This document shows positions 16,205-23,531 of a stretch of 32,000 nucleotides of DNA, piece after piece (positions within the stretch are counted from its first letter, which is position 1; the number at the start of each line of letters is the position of its first letter). This DNA is from Candidatus Nanoarchaeia archaeon (GTDB lineage Archaea > Nanobdellota > Nanobdellia > Woesearchaeales > JANQNC01). The stretch covers positions 300,001 through 332,000 of the forward strand of contig JANQNC010000001.1 of assembly GCA_028279745.1 (NCBI GenBank), in the 5' to 3' direction. Both the position numbers and the translations under genes were made by a program. The notes under the pieces are model-generated. The model saw only the letters and a list, made by a program, of their open reading frames with translations, was not told the origin of the DNA and searched no databases.

Positions 16205-16672
16205 ATGGCAGAAATCAAAGAAAAAGCACATTATGTGGCTGTAACAGGAATAATAAGAAAAGACGGGAAATACCTTATATGTAAAAGAAGCCCGAAAGAA
16301 AAGGCATTCCCAAATATGTGGTGTGTGCCTGGCGGAAAAGTTGAGATGCAAGACTTTATCAACACACCAAAAGACACACAAGACCATTGGTTAGATATTC
16401 TAGAAAAAGTATTGAAAAAAGAGATATTTGAAGAGACTGGGTTGAGTGTGAAGAATATTGGATATGTATCCAGTTTAGTGTTCATAAGACCAAATGGATT
16501 TCCCACCATAATCATCAGTTTATGTGCAGACCATCTTGCAGGAGATATCAAGTTAGCTAAAGATGAACTAGTGGAACATGCGTGGGTGACAGTAGAAGAA
16601 GCAAAAAAGTATGAACTGATAGAAAATATATACGAACAGATAAAGAAGGTAGATGAGACACAACCTTTTTAA
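16205..16672 (+). CDS. Nudix hydrolase (catalytic residues intact, atypically long Nudix-box loop)
   Basis: 155 aa. GGKVEMQD...KKEIFEETGL keeps the (R/K)E-U-x-EE-x-G-U helix. GAGGTGG SD at 16195-16201. Confidence 0.85.
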   Translation: MAEIKEKAHYVAVTGIIRKDGKYLICKRSPKEKAFPNMWCVPGGKVEMQDFINTPKDTQDHWLDILEKVLKKEIFEETGLSVKNIGYVSSLVFIRPNGFPTIIISLCADHLAGDIKLAKDELVEHAWVTVEEAKKYELIENIYEQIKKVDETQPF

Positions 16673-16689
16673 ATCAAAAATTTAGTTAA

Positions 16690-17688
16690 GTGGATATGGA
16701 CTTAATAGTTACTCTAGTTGTACTGGCAGTATTGCCACATCTTATCTGTAAATTAACGAGCAAAGTAAATATTCCGCACGTTATAGGATTAATAATAAGC
16801 GGGTTGATCATAGGGATTCCTCCTGTAAGAGAATACCTAATCGAACCACATTCAGATCTGGTGTTCAAACTAGGGGACATAGCGCTATTCTGTCTTATGT
16901 TTTTAGCAGGGATGAAAAGTTCATTAAAAGAGATCTATTATGAGACAAAAGACGAAACTATAATAGCATTATTTGCAGCAGTGATACCTTTCTTACTGGG
17001 ATTTTTAGTGTTTAAATTGCTTGGGTTTTCTTTACTGATATCAATCATAGTTGGCGTGTGTATGACAATAACCTCAGAAGCGACAAAAGCAGAAGAACTG
17101 CTTGACTTAAGAAAAATAAAAAGCAAAGTAGGGAGTGCGATGCTGGCTTCAGGAATACTAGACGATCTAATAGGCTTAATCATCTTCATACTGGCAACAA
17201 GCGCGTTAGCAATAGTGCCTATAAACGATTATCTATTACTACTGGGAGTGTTGGTGTCTTTCTTTGTTGGGGTAATGGTCCAAAGAAAAGCCAAAAAAAT
17301 AGAAAAAATAGCAGATGTAAACAATTTATTCAAACTAATAATCCCTTTCTTCTTCATCTCCATGGGAATGTACTTCAACTTTGAATCATTAATAGTAAAC
17401 CCAACACTGTTACTTCTTATAATTGTAGTTGCTGTTGTGGGAAAGTTTGTGTCAGTGTTTTTAGCAAAACCATTTACAACATTCAGCTGGGCACAAACTA
17501 AACTTATAGGTTGGGCAATGAACTCAAGAGGTGCAATGGAGCTGGCAATTGCAGTTATTGCACTAAGAAATGGATTAATCCCAACAGACTTATATTCGAG
17601 CATCATAATAATGACACTAATCACAACCATACTGTTCCCATTTGTTTTAGTGAATGCAATCAAGAAAAACAGAAAAATAATGAATTAA
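16690..17688 (+). CDS. Cation:proton antiporter (CPA2 / Kef / NapA-like) membrane domain protein
   Basis: 332 aa, hydrophobic throughout, with Na+/H+-exchanger-like segments and no C-terminal regulatory domain. The ORF-track start is GTG 16690; ATG 16696 is equally possible. Confidence 0.75.
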   Translation: MDMDLIVTLVVLAVLPHLICKLTSKVNIPHVIGLIISGLIIGIPPVREYLIEPHSDLVFKLGDIALFCLMFLAGMKSSLKEIYYETKDETIIALFAAVIPFLLGFLVFKLLGFSLLISIIVGVCMTITSEATKAEELLDLRKIKSKVGSAMLASGILDDLIGLIIFILATSALAIVPINDYLLLLGVLVSFFVGVMVQRKAKKIEKIADVNNLFKLIIPFFFISMGMYFNFESLIVNPTLLLLIIVVAVVGKFVSVFLAKPFTTFSWAQTKLIGWAMNSRGAMELAIAVIALRNGLIPTDLYSSIIIMTLITTILFPFVLVNAIKKNRKIMN

Positions 17689-17689
17689 A

Positions 17690-18337
17690 ATGAAGATTGA
17701 CAATATTTATCGAATCCTAAAAAAGGAAGTAAAAAGCTACAAAGTTCCTATTGTAGATCTAGTACAGATACAGACAAAAAATCCATTTAAAGTTTTATTA
17801 GCAACAATACTTTCTGCCAGGACAAAAGATGAAACAACAACACAGGCAGCAAAAAGATTGTTTAGCAAAGTTAAATCAATGAAATCACTTAGTAATCTTA
17901 CAGTCAAACAGATAGAGAAACTGATATTCCCTGTTGGTTTCTATAAGAATAAAGCAAAGTTTTTGAAACAACTCCCTGTTGTGATAAAAGAGGAATTTGG
18001 CGGAAAAATTCCATCAACCGTTGATGAACTAGTGAAGTTGCCAGGTGTTGGCAGAAAAACAGCAAACTTAGTTGTTGCAGTTGCATTTAACAAGCATGCA
18101 ATATGTGTAGATGTTCATGTACATAGGATAATGAATAGGTTTGGTTATCTGAAGACTAAAACACCTTTCGAGACTGAGATGAAATTAAGGGAAAAACTGC
18201 CAAAGAAATACTGGAAGACAATAAACTCAATACTTGTTGCATTTGGTCAAAACTTATGCACTCCTGTAAGCCCTTACTGCAGCAAATGCCCCGTAAGAAA
18301 ATATTGTGATAGAGTTAATGTGAAAAAGTCAAGATAG
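17690..18337 (+). CDS. nth: Endonuclease III (DNA glycosylase/AP lyase)
   Basis: 215 aa. HhH-GPD motif LVKLPGVGRKTANLV, catalytic Asp context (CVDVHVHRI), and a C-terminal C-x6-C-x2-C-x5-C [4Fe-4S] motif (CTPVSPYCSKCPVRKYC). Confidence 0.92.
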   Translation: MKIDNIYRILKKEVKSYKVPIVDLVQIQTKNPFKVLLATILSARTKDETTTQAAKRLFSKVKSMKSLSNLTVKQIEKLIFPVGFYKNKAKFLKQLPVVIKEEFGGKIPSTVDELVKLPGVGRKTANLVVAVAFNKHAICVDVHVHRIMNRFGYLKTKTPFETEMKLREKLPKKYWKTINSILVAFGQNLCTPVSPYCSKCPVRKYCDRVNVKKSR

Positions 18338-18344
18338 CTATCTT
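18331..18344. terminator. 14-nt perfect palindrome spanning two abutting convergent stop codons
   Basis: AAGATAG|CTATCTT. The nth TAG (18335-18337) and the reverse-strand TAG (18338-18340) are mirror images inside the palindrome. Confidence 0.25.
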
Positions 18345-19645
18345 CTTTTCAAATATAAGAAATCTGTAAAGTTATCTTTAAGACCGCTCAGTCCTTTCTT
18401 CAATATCTGAAGATCGTAAAGTTTTGCAGCATTTGCAGATGCAATAACTACTGTTCCTTTAGGATACTCCCCCTTAGATAATCGTTTTGCAGCCAAAGCA
18501 GTATCCCTTGCAGACACTAGCTTTACTCCTTTGAAATCTTTATCAAGAGTTTTCTTGCTCTGTTTTATCGCTTGGGGATGAGACCTTATTATTTTTACAT
18601 CTTTGATGCTTTGTTCAGGTCTTGCAAGAAGGCAATGCACTGCTTTCATCTTGTGAATGTTTTCTATAACTGATGTTGACTTAGTTAAAGACTCAATAGT
18701 CTCAATCACCATTCCTCCAACAGAATTTTGAACTGCCATCACACCTCTATCAATATCTCCATACGCAAGTGCAGTTGCTACTTTATCTGCAGTGATCAAA
18801 TATTTTATTTCAAACTTTTTTACCTTGTGTTTTTTCATCAGCTCTTTACAAGCCTGCTCACTGAAAGAACCTTCATCGCCCTGTATGCCAACAGTCAAAA
18901 CTTTCGGATTTACTTTAGAAGGTAAAAGTTTAGCAGATATTTTCTGGACTGCCCTCAACACATCCATTCTCATCTGCCTAGTGAACTTGTTCTGAGCTTG
19001 TAAATCACAAAACAACTGCCAGCTATCTCTTGTGGTTTGTTCCCTCACCTCTAAAAGTTTCTTAAAACCTTCAGTGTCTATACTTGAATGTTTAAGGTTA
19101 AGTTCATCAAGAATTCTTCCAACAAAATGGGTTACTCCTTGAGAGTATGCTGCAATCTTATCATGTTGTTTAGGTGTTAACTCAACGACATTAAAACCTT
19201 TCTTGTTAAAATAATCATACCAAAACTTATACCTATCTTCAGATGTACGTTCAGGGTGCATCACAATCCTCAATCCTTTTATGCCTTTCTTTGCAGAGTC
19301 AGGACCAAACATGGGGTGTGTTGCGATTATGTTGATGTCTTGCTGGATGTTCTTCTTCATGTGTCTGACGGGCAGCTCCTTAACAGAACAAACATCTATT
19401 ACAGTTGAACCTTTCTTAAACTTTAGTTTCTTAGTCACTTCATCCATCTTTGAGATAGGCACACAAAGAAATATGTTACTACATTTTAGAACCGCCTTTT
19501 CTGTTCCGTAATAAACTCCGATAGATTTGGCTTCCTTTGATTTGTCTGAAGTGTTGAATGCAACAACCTTAAAGTCTGGTTTGAGAATAGTTGCTAATAG
19601 CTGACCAAACCTTCCAAATCCATAGATCCCCACAGTCTTCTTCAT
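18338..19645 (-). CDS. Bifunctional prephenate dehydrogenase (TyrA) / prephenate dehydratase (PheA catalytic domain) fusion, no ACT domain
   Basis: 435 aa. N-terminal Rossmann GFGRFG and HPMFGP signature. The C-terminal ~185 aa carry VGIQGDEGSFSEQA...NFTDFLYL, matching the PDT catalytic domain. Confidence 0.85.
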   Translation of the reverse strand: MKKTVGIYGFGRFGQLLATILKPDFKVVAFNTSDKSKEAKSIGVYYGTEKAVLKCSNIFLCVPISKMDEVTKKLKFKKGSTVIDVCSVKELPVRHMKKNIQQDINIIATHPMFGPDSAKKGIKGLRIVMHPERTSEDRYKFWYDYFNKKGFNVVELTPKQHDKIAAYSQGVTHFVGRILDELNLKHSSIDTEGFKKLLEVREQTTRDSWQLFCDLQAQNKFTRQMRMDVLRAVQKISAKLLPSKVNPKVLTVGIQGDEGSFSEQACKELMKKHKVKKFEIKYLITADKVATALAYGDIDRGVMAVQNSVGGMVIETIESLTKSTSVIENIHKMKAVHCLLARPEQSIKDVKIIRSHPQAIKQSKKTLDKDFKGVKLVSARDTALAAKRLSKGEYPKGTVVIASANAAKLYDLQILKKGLSGLKDNFTDFLYLKRR

Positions 19646-19678
19646 CTTTGTTATTTTGGTGGTTGTTGTTTAAAAATG

Positions 19679-20677
19679 TTAATGTTTTCTCATCTGTTTA
19701 AGATAAAGACTAAGCTTTTTCTTGATCTTTTCTTTTAGCTCTTCACTGAAGGTTAGTTTGTCAACTACTTCATCCCAGTCAAGGTCTGGCATCTTTGTTA
19801 ATGACCCATTAAATTTTCTTCCTGCAAGTTTAACTTGTTCTTCAACTTTTTTTGCAGACTCAGAATTAAATGCTTTAATTGCTGGGAACTTACTGATAGA
19901 GTTAGCGCCAGCCTTCAACAAGAAAGAAGTATATTCGGGTCTGTCTTCCCAAATACCAAACTGGATGTCAATCTTTGGGAATTCAATTCTTGTTTTGGCA
20001 ATCCATTCACCCTGGTATTCTTTTGTGGGTGCAGGAGTGTTTTCGTAAACAGTGCCTTTATGAGGATTTAACCCATATATGTGAATCTTTTCAATGTTGT
20101 ATTTGTTAATCATGTCTTTCAGATATGTGAAATCAGCTATCTTTTCACCTAACCCGCAGATCATAGTCATAGCATTCTTCAAACCTAACTCGTTAGCATA
20201 CTCAAACATCTTAAAATAAGGAAGCTCAGGTTTTGAGGGACAAACTTTCTTATGCAGTTCAGGGTTAACAGTTTCTATACTTCCAACAACACCTTCAACG
20301 TAAGGTGCGTATTCAGTTAATGTTTCTTTGTCTAATGCTCCAATGTTAATCCAAAACTTTTCACCAGTTGCTTCGTGCATCTGTTGCAATAACTCTTTAA
20401 AATCTTCTTTGCTGAAAGCACCAATCCCCCCAGAGATAAAACCAATGTCCCAACCCATCTTTTTACATATTAGCAATTCTGCAAGCAAAGACTCGTTGCT
20501 TCTTCTGGCAATATTTCCTTTACTGTTCTTTCTAGGTTGAGTTGACATATAACAATACGCACAATCTCTAAGATCACAGTACCAACTAAAGAAAATAGCT
20601 CTCTCAAAACAAGTCTCATTTGGAAAGTTTTCTAAGAAAACTTTATTTGCCTCTTCCATAAGTTCGTTACTGCTCAT
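19679..20677 (-). CDS. Radical SAM enzyme, unassigned subfamily (BioB/ThiH/HydE-sized)
   Basis: 332 aa with the cluster motif YCDLRDCAYC (C-x4-C-x2-C) and a glycine-rich FISGGIG segment. Its start overlaps the U32 stop by 11 nt. Confidence 0.8.
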   Translation of the reverse strand: MSSNELMEEANKVFLENFPNETCFERAIFFSWYCDLRDCAYCYMSTQPRKNSKGNIARRSNESLLAELLICKKMGWDIGFISGGIGAFSKEDFKELLQQMHEATGEKFWINIGALDKETLTEYAPYVEGVVGSIETVNPELHKKVCPSKPELPYFKMFEYANELGLKNAMTMICGLGEKIADFTYLKDMINKYNIEKIHIYGLNPHKGTVYENTPAPTKEYQGEWIAKTRIEFPKIDIQFGIWEDRPEYTSFLLKAGANSISKFPAIKAFNSESAKKVEEQVKLAGRKFNGSLTKMPDLDWDEVVDKLTFSEELKEKIKKKLSLYLKQMRKH

Positions 20678-21929
20678 CGTGACCCTTCTGTTCTTTTTCT
20701 TTATCTATTTCTAAGTATAGTTTGTCGTTTGCTCTTACCTTATCTTTTATCGGAATAGTGATGTCGTTACCTTTACCTGCTTCTTCTGCATCTTTTTCAT
20801 TTACTTTTATAGATTCTACTTTTTGTTTTAATACTCCAGTTGTAGGACCCGTAATAATTATCGTATCACCAATCTTAATTTTTCCAGTTGTTATGTTAAA
20901 GTGTGCAACTTTGGGTTTTTCAAAATAGTTCTCAACAGTGCCTAAGAATTTCTTTTCTTTTTTAGCTTTTGATCCATACGCGTTCGCCCATTCTCCCAGT
21001 TTGTGACCTAAATAATATCCGCCTTGCCAAAATCCTCTGTTGAAAACAGTTTCAAGTTGTGCGATCCATTCTTCTGCTTTTTCTAAAGAGAATGTTTTGT
21101 TGTAATATGCGTCCACTGCTTCCCTGTAACACTTAGTCACAGTATTTACATAGTCTGGTTGCCTGCCCCTGCCTTCAATCTTCAGGATTGAAACTCCCGC
21201 ATCTACAATCTTGTCAATAAATTGTATAGTGCACAAATCTTTAGGGGACATAACATATTTGTTGTCTATATTTAATTCATCTCCTGTTTCTAAATCTGTG
21301 ACTTTGTAAGATCTTCTGCAAGCCTGCAGACAATCCCCCCTGTTAGCTGAGTGATTGTATTGAGCTAGACTCATGTAACACTTGCCAGAAATTGAGACAC
21401 ATAAAGCACCATGGATGAACATTTCTATTTTTATTAATTCGTTGTTTGGGCCTTTGATATTTTCTTCCTTAACTTTAGTGCATATTTCTTTTATTTGGGG
21501 CAGAGTTAATTCTCTTGCTAGAACAACAGTGTCAGCAAACTTCGAATAGAACTTAACTGCTTCAATATTACTTACATTAGCTTGAGTTGAGATATGAATA
21601 GGTAAATTGATTGAGTTAGCATAGTTTATTACAGCAAGGTCGTGTGCTATGACTGCTGTGATACCTGCTTCTTTTGCTGAGTTGCAGATTGTTTTTATGA
21701 GTTCAATCTCATCAGTGTAAACTACAGTATTTAGAGTTAGGTAAGATTTGACATTCTTATCTCTACAAATCTTAGTGATCTTCCTTAGATCATCTAAAGT
21801 GAAGTTATTTGCAGCTCTAGCACGCATATTCAGGTGTTCAACCCCAAAGTATACTGAATCAGCACCTGCATTAATTGCGGCCTGTAACGCCTCATATGAG
21901 CCAGCTGGAGCCATAATCTCTGCTTTCAT
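20667..21929 (-). CDS. U32 family protein ('peptidase U32'; TrhP/YegQ/RlhA/UbiU-like Fe-S protein)
   Basis: 420 aa. N-terminal MKAEIMAPAGSYEALQAAINAGADSVYFG is typical of U32. Four-Cys cluster C-x6-C-x15-C-x3-C (CVSISGKCYMSLAQYNHSANRGDCLQAC). Confidence 0.85.
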   Translation of the reverse strand: MKAEIMAPAGSYEALQAAINAGADSVYFGVEHLNMRARAANNFTLDDLRKITKICRDKNVKSYLTLNTVVYTDEIELIKTICNSAKEAGITAVIAHDLAVINYANSINLPIHISTQANVSNIEAVKFYSKFADTVVLARELTLPQIKEICTKVKEENIKGPNNELIKIEMFIHGALCVSISGKCYMSLAQYNHSANRGDCLQACRRSYKVTDLETGDELNIDNKYVMSPKDLCTIQFIDKIVDAGVSILKIEGRGRQPDYVNTVTKCYREAVDAYYNKTFSLEKAEEWIAQLETVFNRGFWQGGYYLGHKLGEWANAYGSKAKKEKKFLGTVENYFEKPKVAHFNITTGKIKIGDTIIITGPTTGVLKQKVESIKVNEKDAEEAGKGNDITIPIKDKVRANDKLYLEIDKEKEQKGHDEQ

Positions 21930-21975
21930 GCATTCAAAGAATGAGGGTTGTTTTTTAAGGGTTTTGGCAGAAACA

Positions 21976-22001
21976 TTTATATATAAGTAAGATTATCTTA
22001 C
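21976..22001 (+). promoter_or_regulatory. TATA-like box plus 7-1-7 palindrome upstream of the toxin-antitoxin operon
   Basis: TTTATATATAA (21976-21986) sits about 25 nt upstream of ATG 22006. It is followed immediately by GTAAGAT-t-ATCTTAC (21987-22001). Confidence 0.45.
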
Positions 22002-22005
22002 TGCT

Positions 22006-22296
22006 ATGAGAAATGAAATACTAGAAGAAGTGCCTGAGCTAACAAAAATAAGCTCAAAAGGACAGGTAGTGATACCCCAAGAGTACAGAGAAAAATTGCA
22101 CATACACGAAGGAAACGTTTTTGCAGTTACCGCACCGACAGAAGACATGATTGTCCTAAAGAAGATCAAAAACCCCATGTTAAGAGATGACCTAACAACA
22201 CTAAAAAAGATAGATGAAGCATGGGAAGAGATCGAGAAAGGCGAGTTTGAAAAAACAACAAAAAAAGAATTCTTGAAAAAGCTTGATAAATGGTAG
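22006..22296 (+). CDS. AbrB/SpoVT-fold type II antitoxin
   Basis: 96 aa. ISSKGQVVIPQEYREKLHIHEGNVFAV matches the swapped-hairpin AbrB/MazE DNA-binding motif. Overlaps the toxin gene by 7 nt. Confidence 0.8.
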   Translation: MRNEILEEVPELTKISSKGQVVIPQEYREKLHIHEGNVFAVTAPTEDMIVLKKIKNPMLRDDLTTLKKIDEAWEEIEKGEFEKTTKKEFLKKLDKW

Positions 22297-22541
22297 ATTA
22301 CATCATAAGAACCAAAAAGTTTGATAAAGAACTTAAAACAGTCAAGACTAAATCGATAAAAGGAAAAATAAAAAAACAAATACTAAAAATTATTGAAAAT
22401 CCAGAAACAGGCAAACCACTAAAGTATAACCTAAAAGGAGAAAGGACAATCTATGTTAAACCATACCGGATAATATATGCAGTAAAAGACAAAACCCTTT
22501 TTCTACTACGTTTTGAGCATAGAAAAGAAGTATACAAGTAA
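22290..22541 (+). CDS. relE: RelE/ParE-superfamily type II toxin
   Basis: 83 aa. The C-terminal YRIIYAVKDKTLFLLRFEHRKEVYK is typical of RelE/StbE-like toxins. Confidence 0.8.
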   Translation: MVDYIIRTKKFDKELKTVKTKSIKGKIKKQILKIIENPETGKPLKYNLKGERTIYVKPYRIIYAVKDKTLFLLRFEHRKEVYK

Positions 22542-22576
22542 TCTTTTATAAACCGCTTCGAAAAGGTTATATATTA

Positions 22577-22616
22577 TTATGAATATATATTCATTATAAG
22601 TTATGAATAAATATTC
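22577..22616. promoter_or_regulatory. Two copies of a palindromic 16-mer (candidate operator/promoter of the DUF134 operon)
   Basis: TTATGAATATATATTC (22577-22592) and TTATGAATAAATATTC (22601-22616) match at 15/16 positions and their starts are 24 nt apart. The first contains the perfect 16-nt palindrome ATGAATATATATTCAT (22579-22594). Confidence 0.4.
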
Positions 22617-22622
22617 TTAACT

Positions 22623-22656
22623 GGAGGCAAACGGAAAATAAATTTTCCAGGCCTCC
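22623..22656 (+). promoter_or_regulatory. Two-tier stem-loop pairing an SD-like GGAGGC with GCCTCC in the putative leader of the DUF5320-like gene
   Basis: GGAGGC-aaac-GGAAAAT-aa-ATTTTCC-ag-GCCTCC: 6-bp outer stem plus 6-7-bp inner stem. The true SD GGAGG (22676-22680) lies 20 nt downstream. Confidence 0.4.
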
Positions 22657-22687
22657 TCGAATGAAAAACATAACTGGAGGAAACAAA

Positions 22688-22807
22688 ATGGCAAACCGAG
22701 ATGGAACAGGACCAAGTGGAGAAGGGCCCCTAACTGGGAGAAGGATGGGCATCTGTGGAAGGAAACAAAGGAGAGCGATAGACTTAAATAATGAAAAAGC
22801 AGAGTGA
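22688..22807 (+). CDS. Small DUF5320-like protein (39 aa), not in the ORF track
   Basis: My translation is MANRDGTGPSGEGPLTGRRMGICGRKQRRAIDLNNEKAE. The (R/G)DGTGP-x-G-x-GP-x-TGR-x-x-G-x-C signature matches what I recall for DUF5320 peptides, which commonly neighbour DUF134. GGAGG lies 7 nt upstream of the ATG. Confidence 0.7.
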   Translation: MANRDGTGPSGEGPLTGRRMGICGRKQRRAIDLNNEKAE

Positions 22808-22812
22808 AAAGT

Positions 22813-23106
22813 ATGCCTAGACCAAGACTAAGACGAAGAGTGAAAGGAAACCCAAAAATAACTTACTTCAAGCCGGCAGGAGTAAGGATGCAGGAATTAG
22901 AAGAGACAACTCTGACAGTTGAAGAGTATGAGGCTGTGCGGCTAAAAGACTTTGAAGGGTTAGGACAAGAAGAGTCTGCAGCAAAGATGGAAGTCTCACA
23001 GCCAACATTCCACAGATTATTGTTAGATGCAAGAAAAAAGATAGCAGATGCAATAGTAAACGGAAAAGCGATAAAGATAGAAGGCGGCAGTTTTAAGATA
23101 AAATGA
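22813..23106 (+). CDS. DUF134 (UPF0251) family putative DNA-binding protein
   Basis: MPRPRLRRRV...TYFKP...LTVEEYEAVRLKDFEGLGQEESAAKMEVSQPTFHRLL...NGKAIKIEGG has the sigma-70 region-4-like HTH typical of DUF134. I start at ATG 22813; the ORF-track GTG 22804 overlaps an SD-like GAGTGA. Confidence 0.85.
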   Translation: MPRPRLRRRVKGNPKITYFKPAGVRMQELEETTLTVEEYEAVRLKDFEGLGQEESAAKMEVSQPTFHRLLLDARKKIADAIVNGKAIKIEGGSFKIK

Positions 23107-23477
23107 AAACAGTATTAGTGTTTGGATCAGAGGATTTTGAGTTTGACGATGGGGCAGTTAAGCTAGTTCCAGAACTGAAGGAAAAGTTAACAGACTATGT
23201 TGTGTTTAAGCTTTCAAGACCTGAACAGATAATGGACTTCTTAGGACATGACTTTATCATACTAGATGTGGCTGTTGGCATAAAAGAGCCTTGTTTGATT
23301 ACTGATCTAGACCAGATCAAGTATGGGAAAAAAATAACCGCTCATGATATGGATCTGGCAGCTTTCCTGAAAACATTAAAAGAGTTAGGACAGCTTGACT
23401 CTGTAAATATTGTGGCTCTGCCAAACGATAAAAAACCCGAGCTGGATAAGGTTATGCAGTTGATAAGAAGTGTGTAA
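23103..23477 (+). CDS. Hydrogenase maturation endopeptidase-like protein (HycI/HybD family), short form
   Basis: 124 aa. VLVFGSEDFEFDDGA (family pattern GN..-DDG), FIILDVA (metal-ligand Asp) and ITAHDMDL (metal-ligand His) appear in the expected order and spacing. ATGA overlap with DUF134. Confidence 0.55.
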   Translation: MKTVLVFGSEDFEFDDGAVKLVPELKEKLTDYVVFKLSRPEQIMDFLGHDFIILDVAVGIKEPCLITDLDQIKYGKKITAHDMDLAAFLKTLKELGQLDSVNIVALPNDKKPELDKVMQLIRSV

Positions 23478-23531
23478 GGGAAAGTTTTAAAAATAAAAAG
23501 GATACTTTTTGGATCAGAAGGGGTGAATTAT

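Noticed and set aside
16187-16387. 66-aa minus-strand ORF overlapping the Nudix hydrolase start
   Set aside because: It is a Cys/Phe-rich shadow frame of a well-supported plus-strand gene. It would also begin inside the neighbouring gene's coding region with no promoter or SD.
21993-22379. 128-aa minus-strand ORF overlapping the toxin-antitoxin genes
   Set aside because: It is an F/S-rich shadow frame of the AbrB/RelE genes. The plus-strand products have clear family motifs and an operon structure.
22661-22687. Upstream in-frame ATG (22661) that would extend the DUF5320-like peptide to 48 aa
   Set aside because: It has no SD. The GGAGG SD sits inside this extension, 7 nt before ATG 22688, and family members as I recall them start right at the (R/G)DGTGP motif.
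23103-23477. Alternative call as a NifX/NifB-type 'dinitrogenase FeMo-cofactor biosynthesis' domain protein, the usual small neighbour of DUF134
   Set aside because: It lacks the HFG-type motif and the glycine-rich central segment of that family. The DDG...D...H order fits hydrogenase endopeptidases better. This still needs a profile search.
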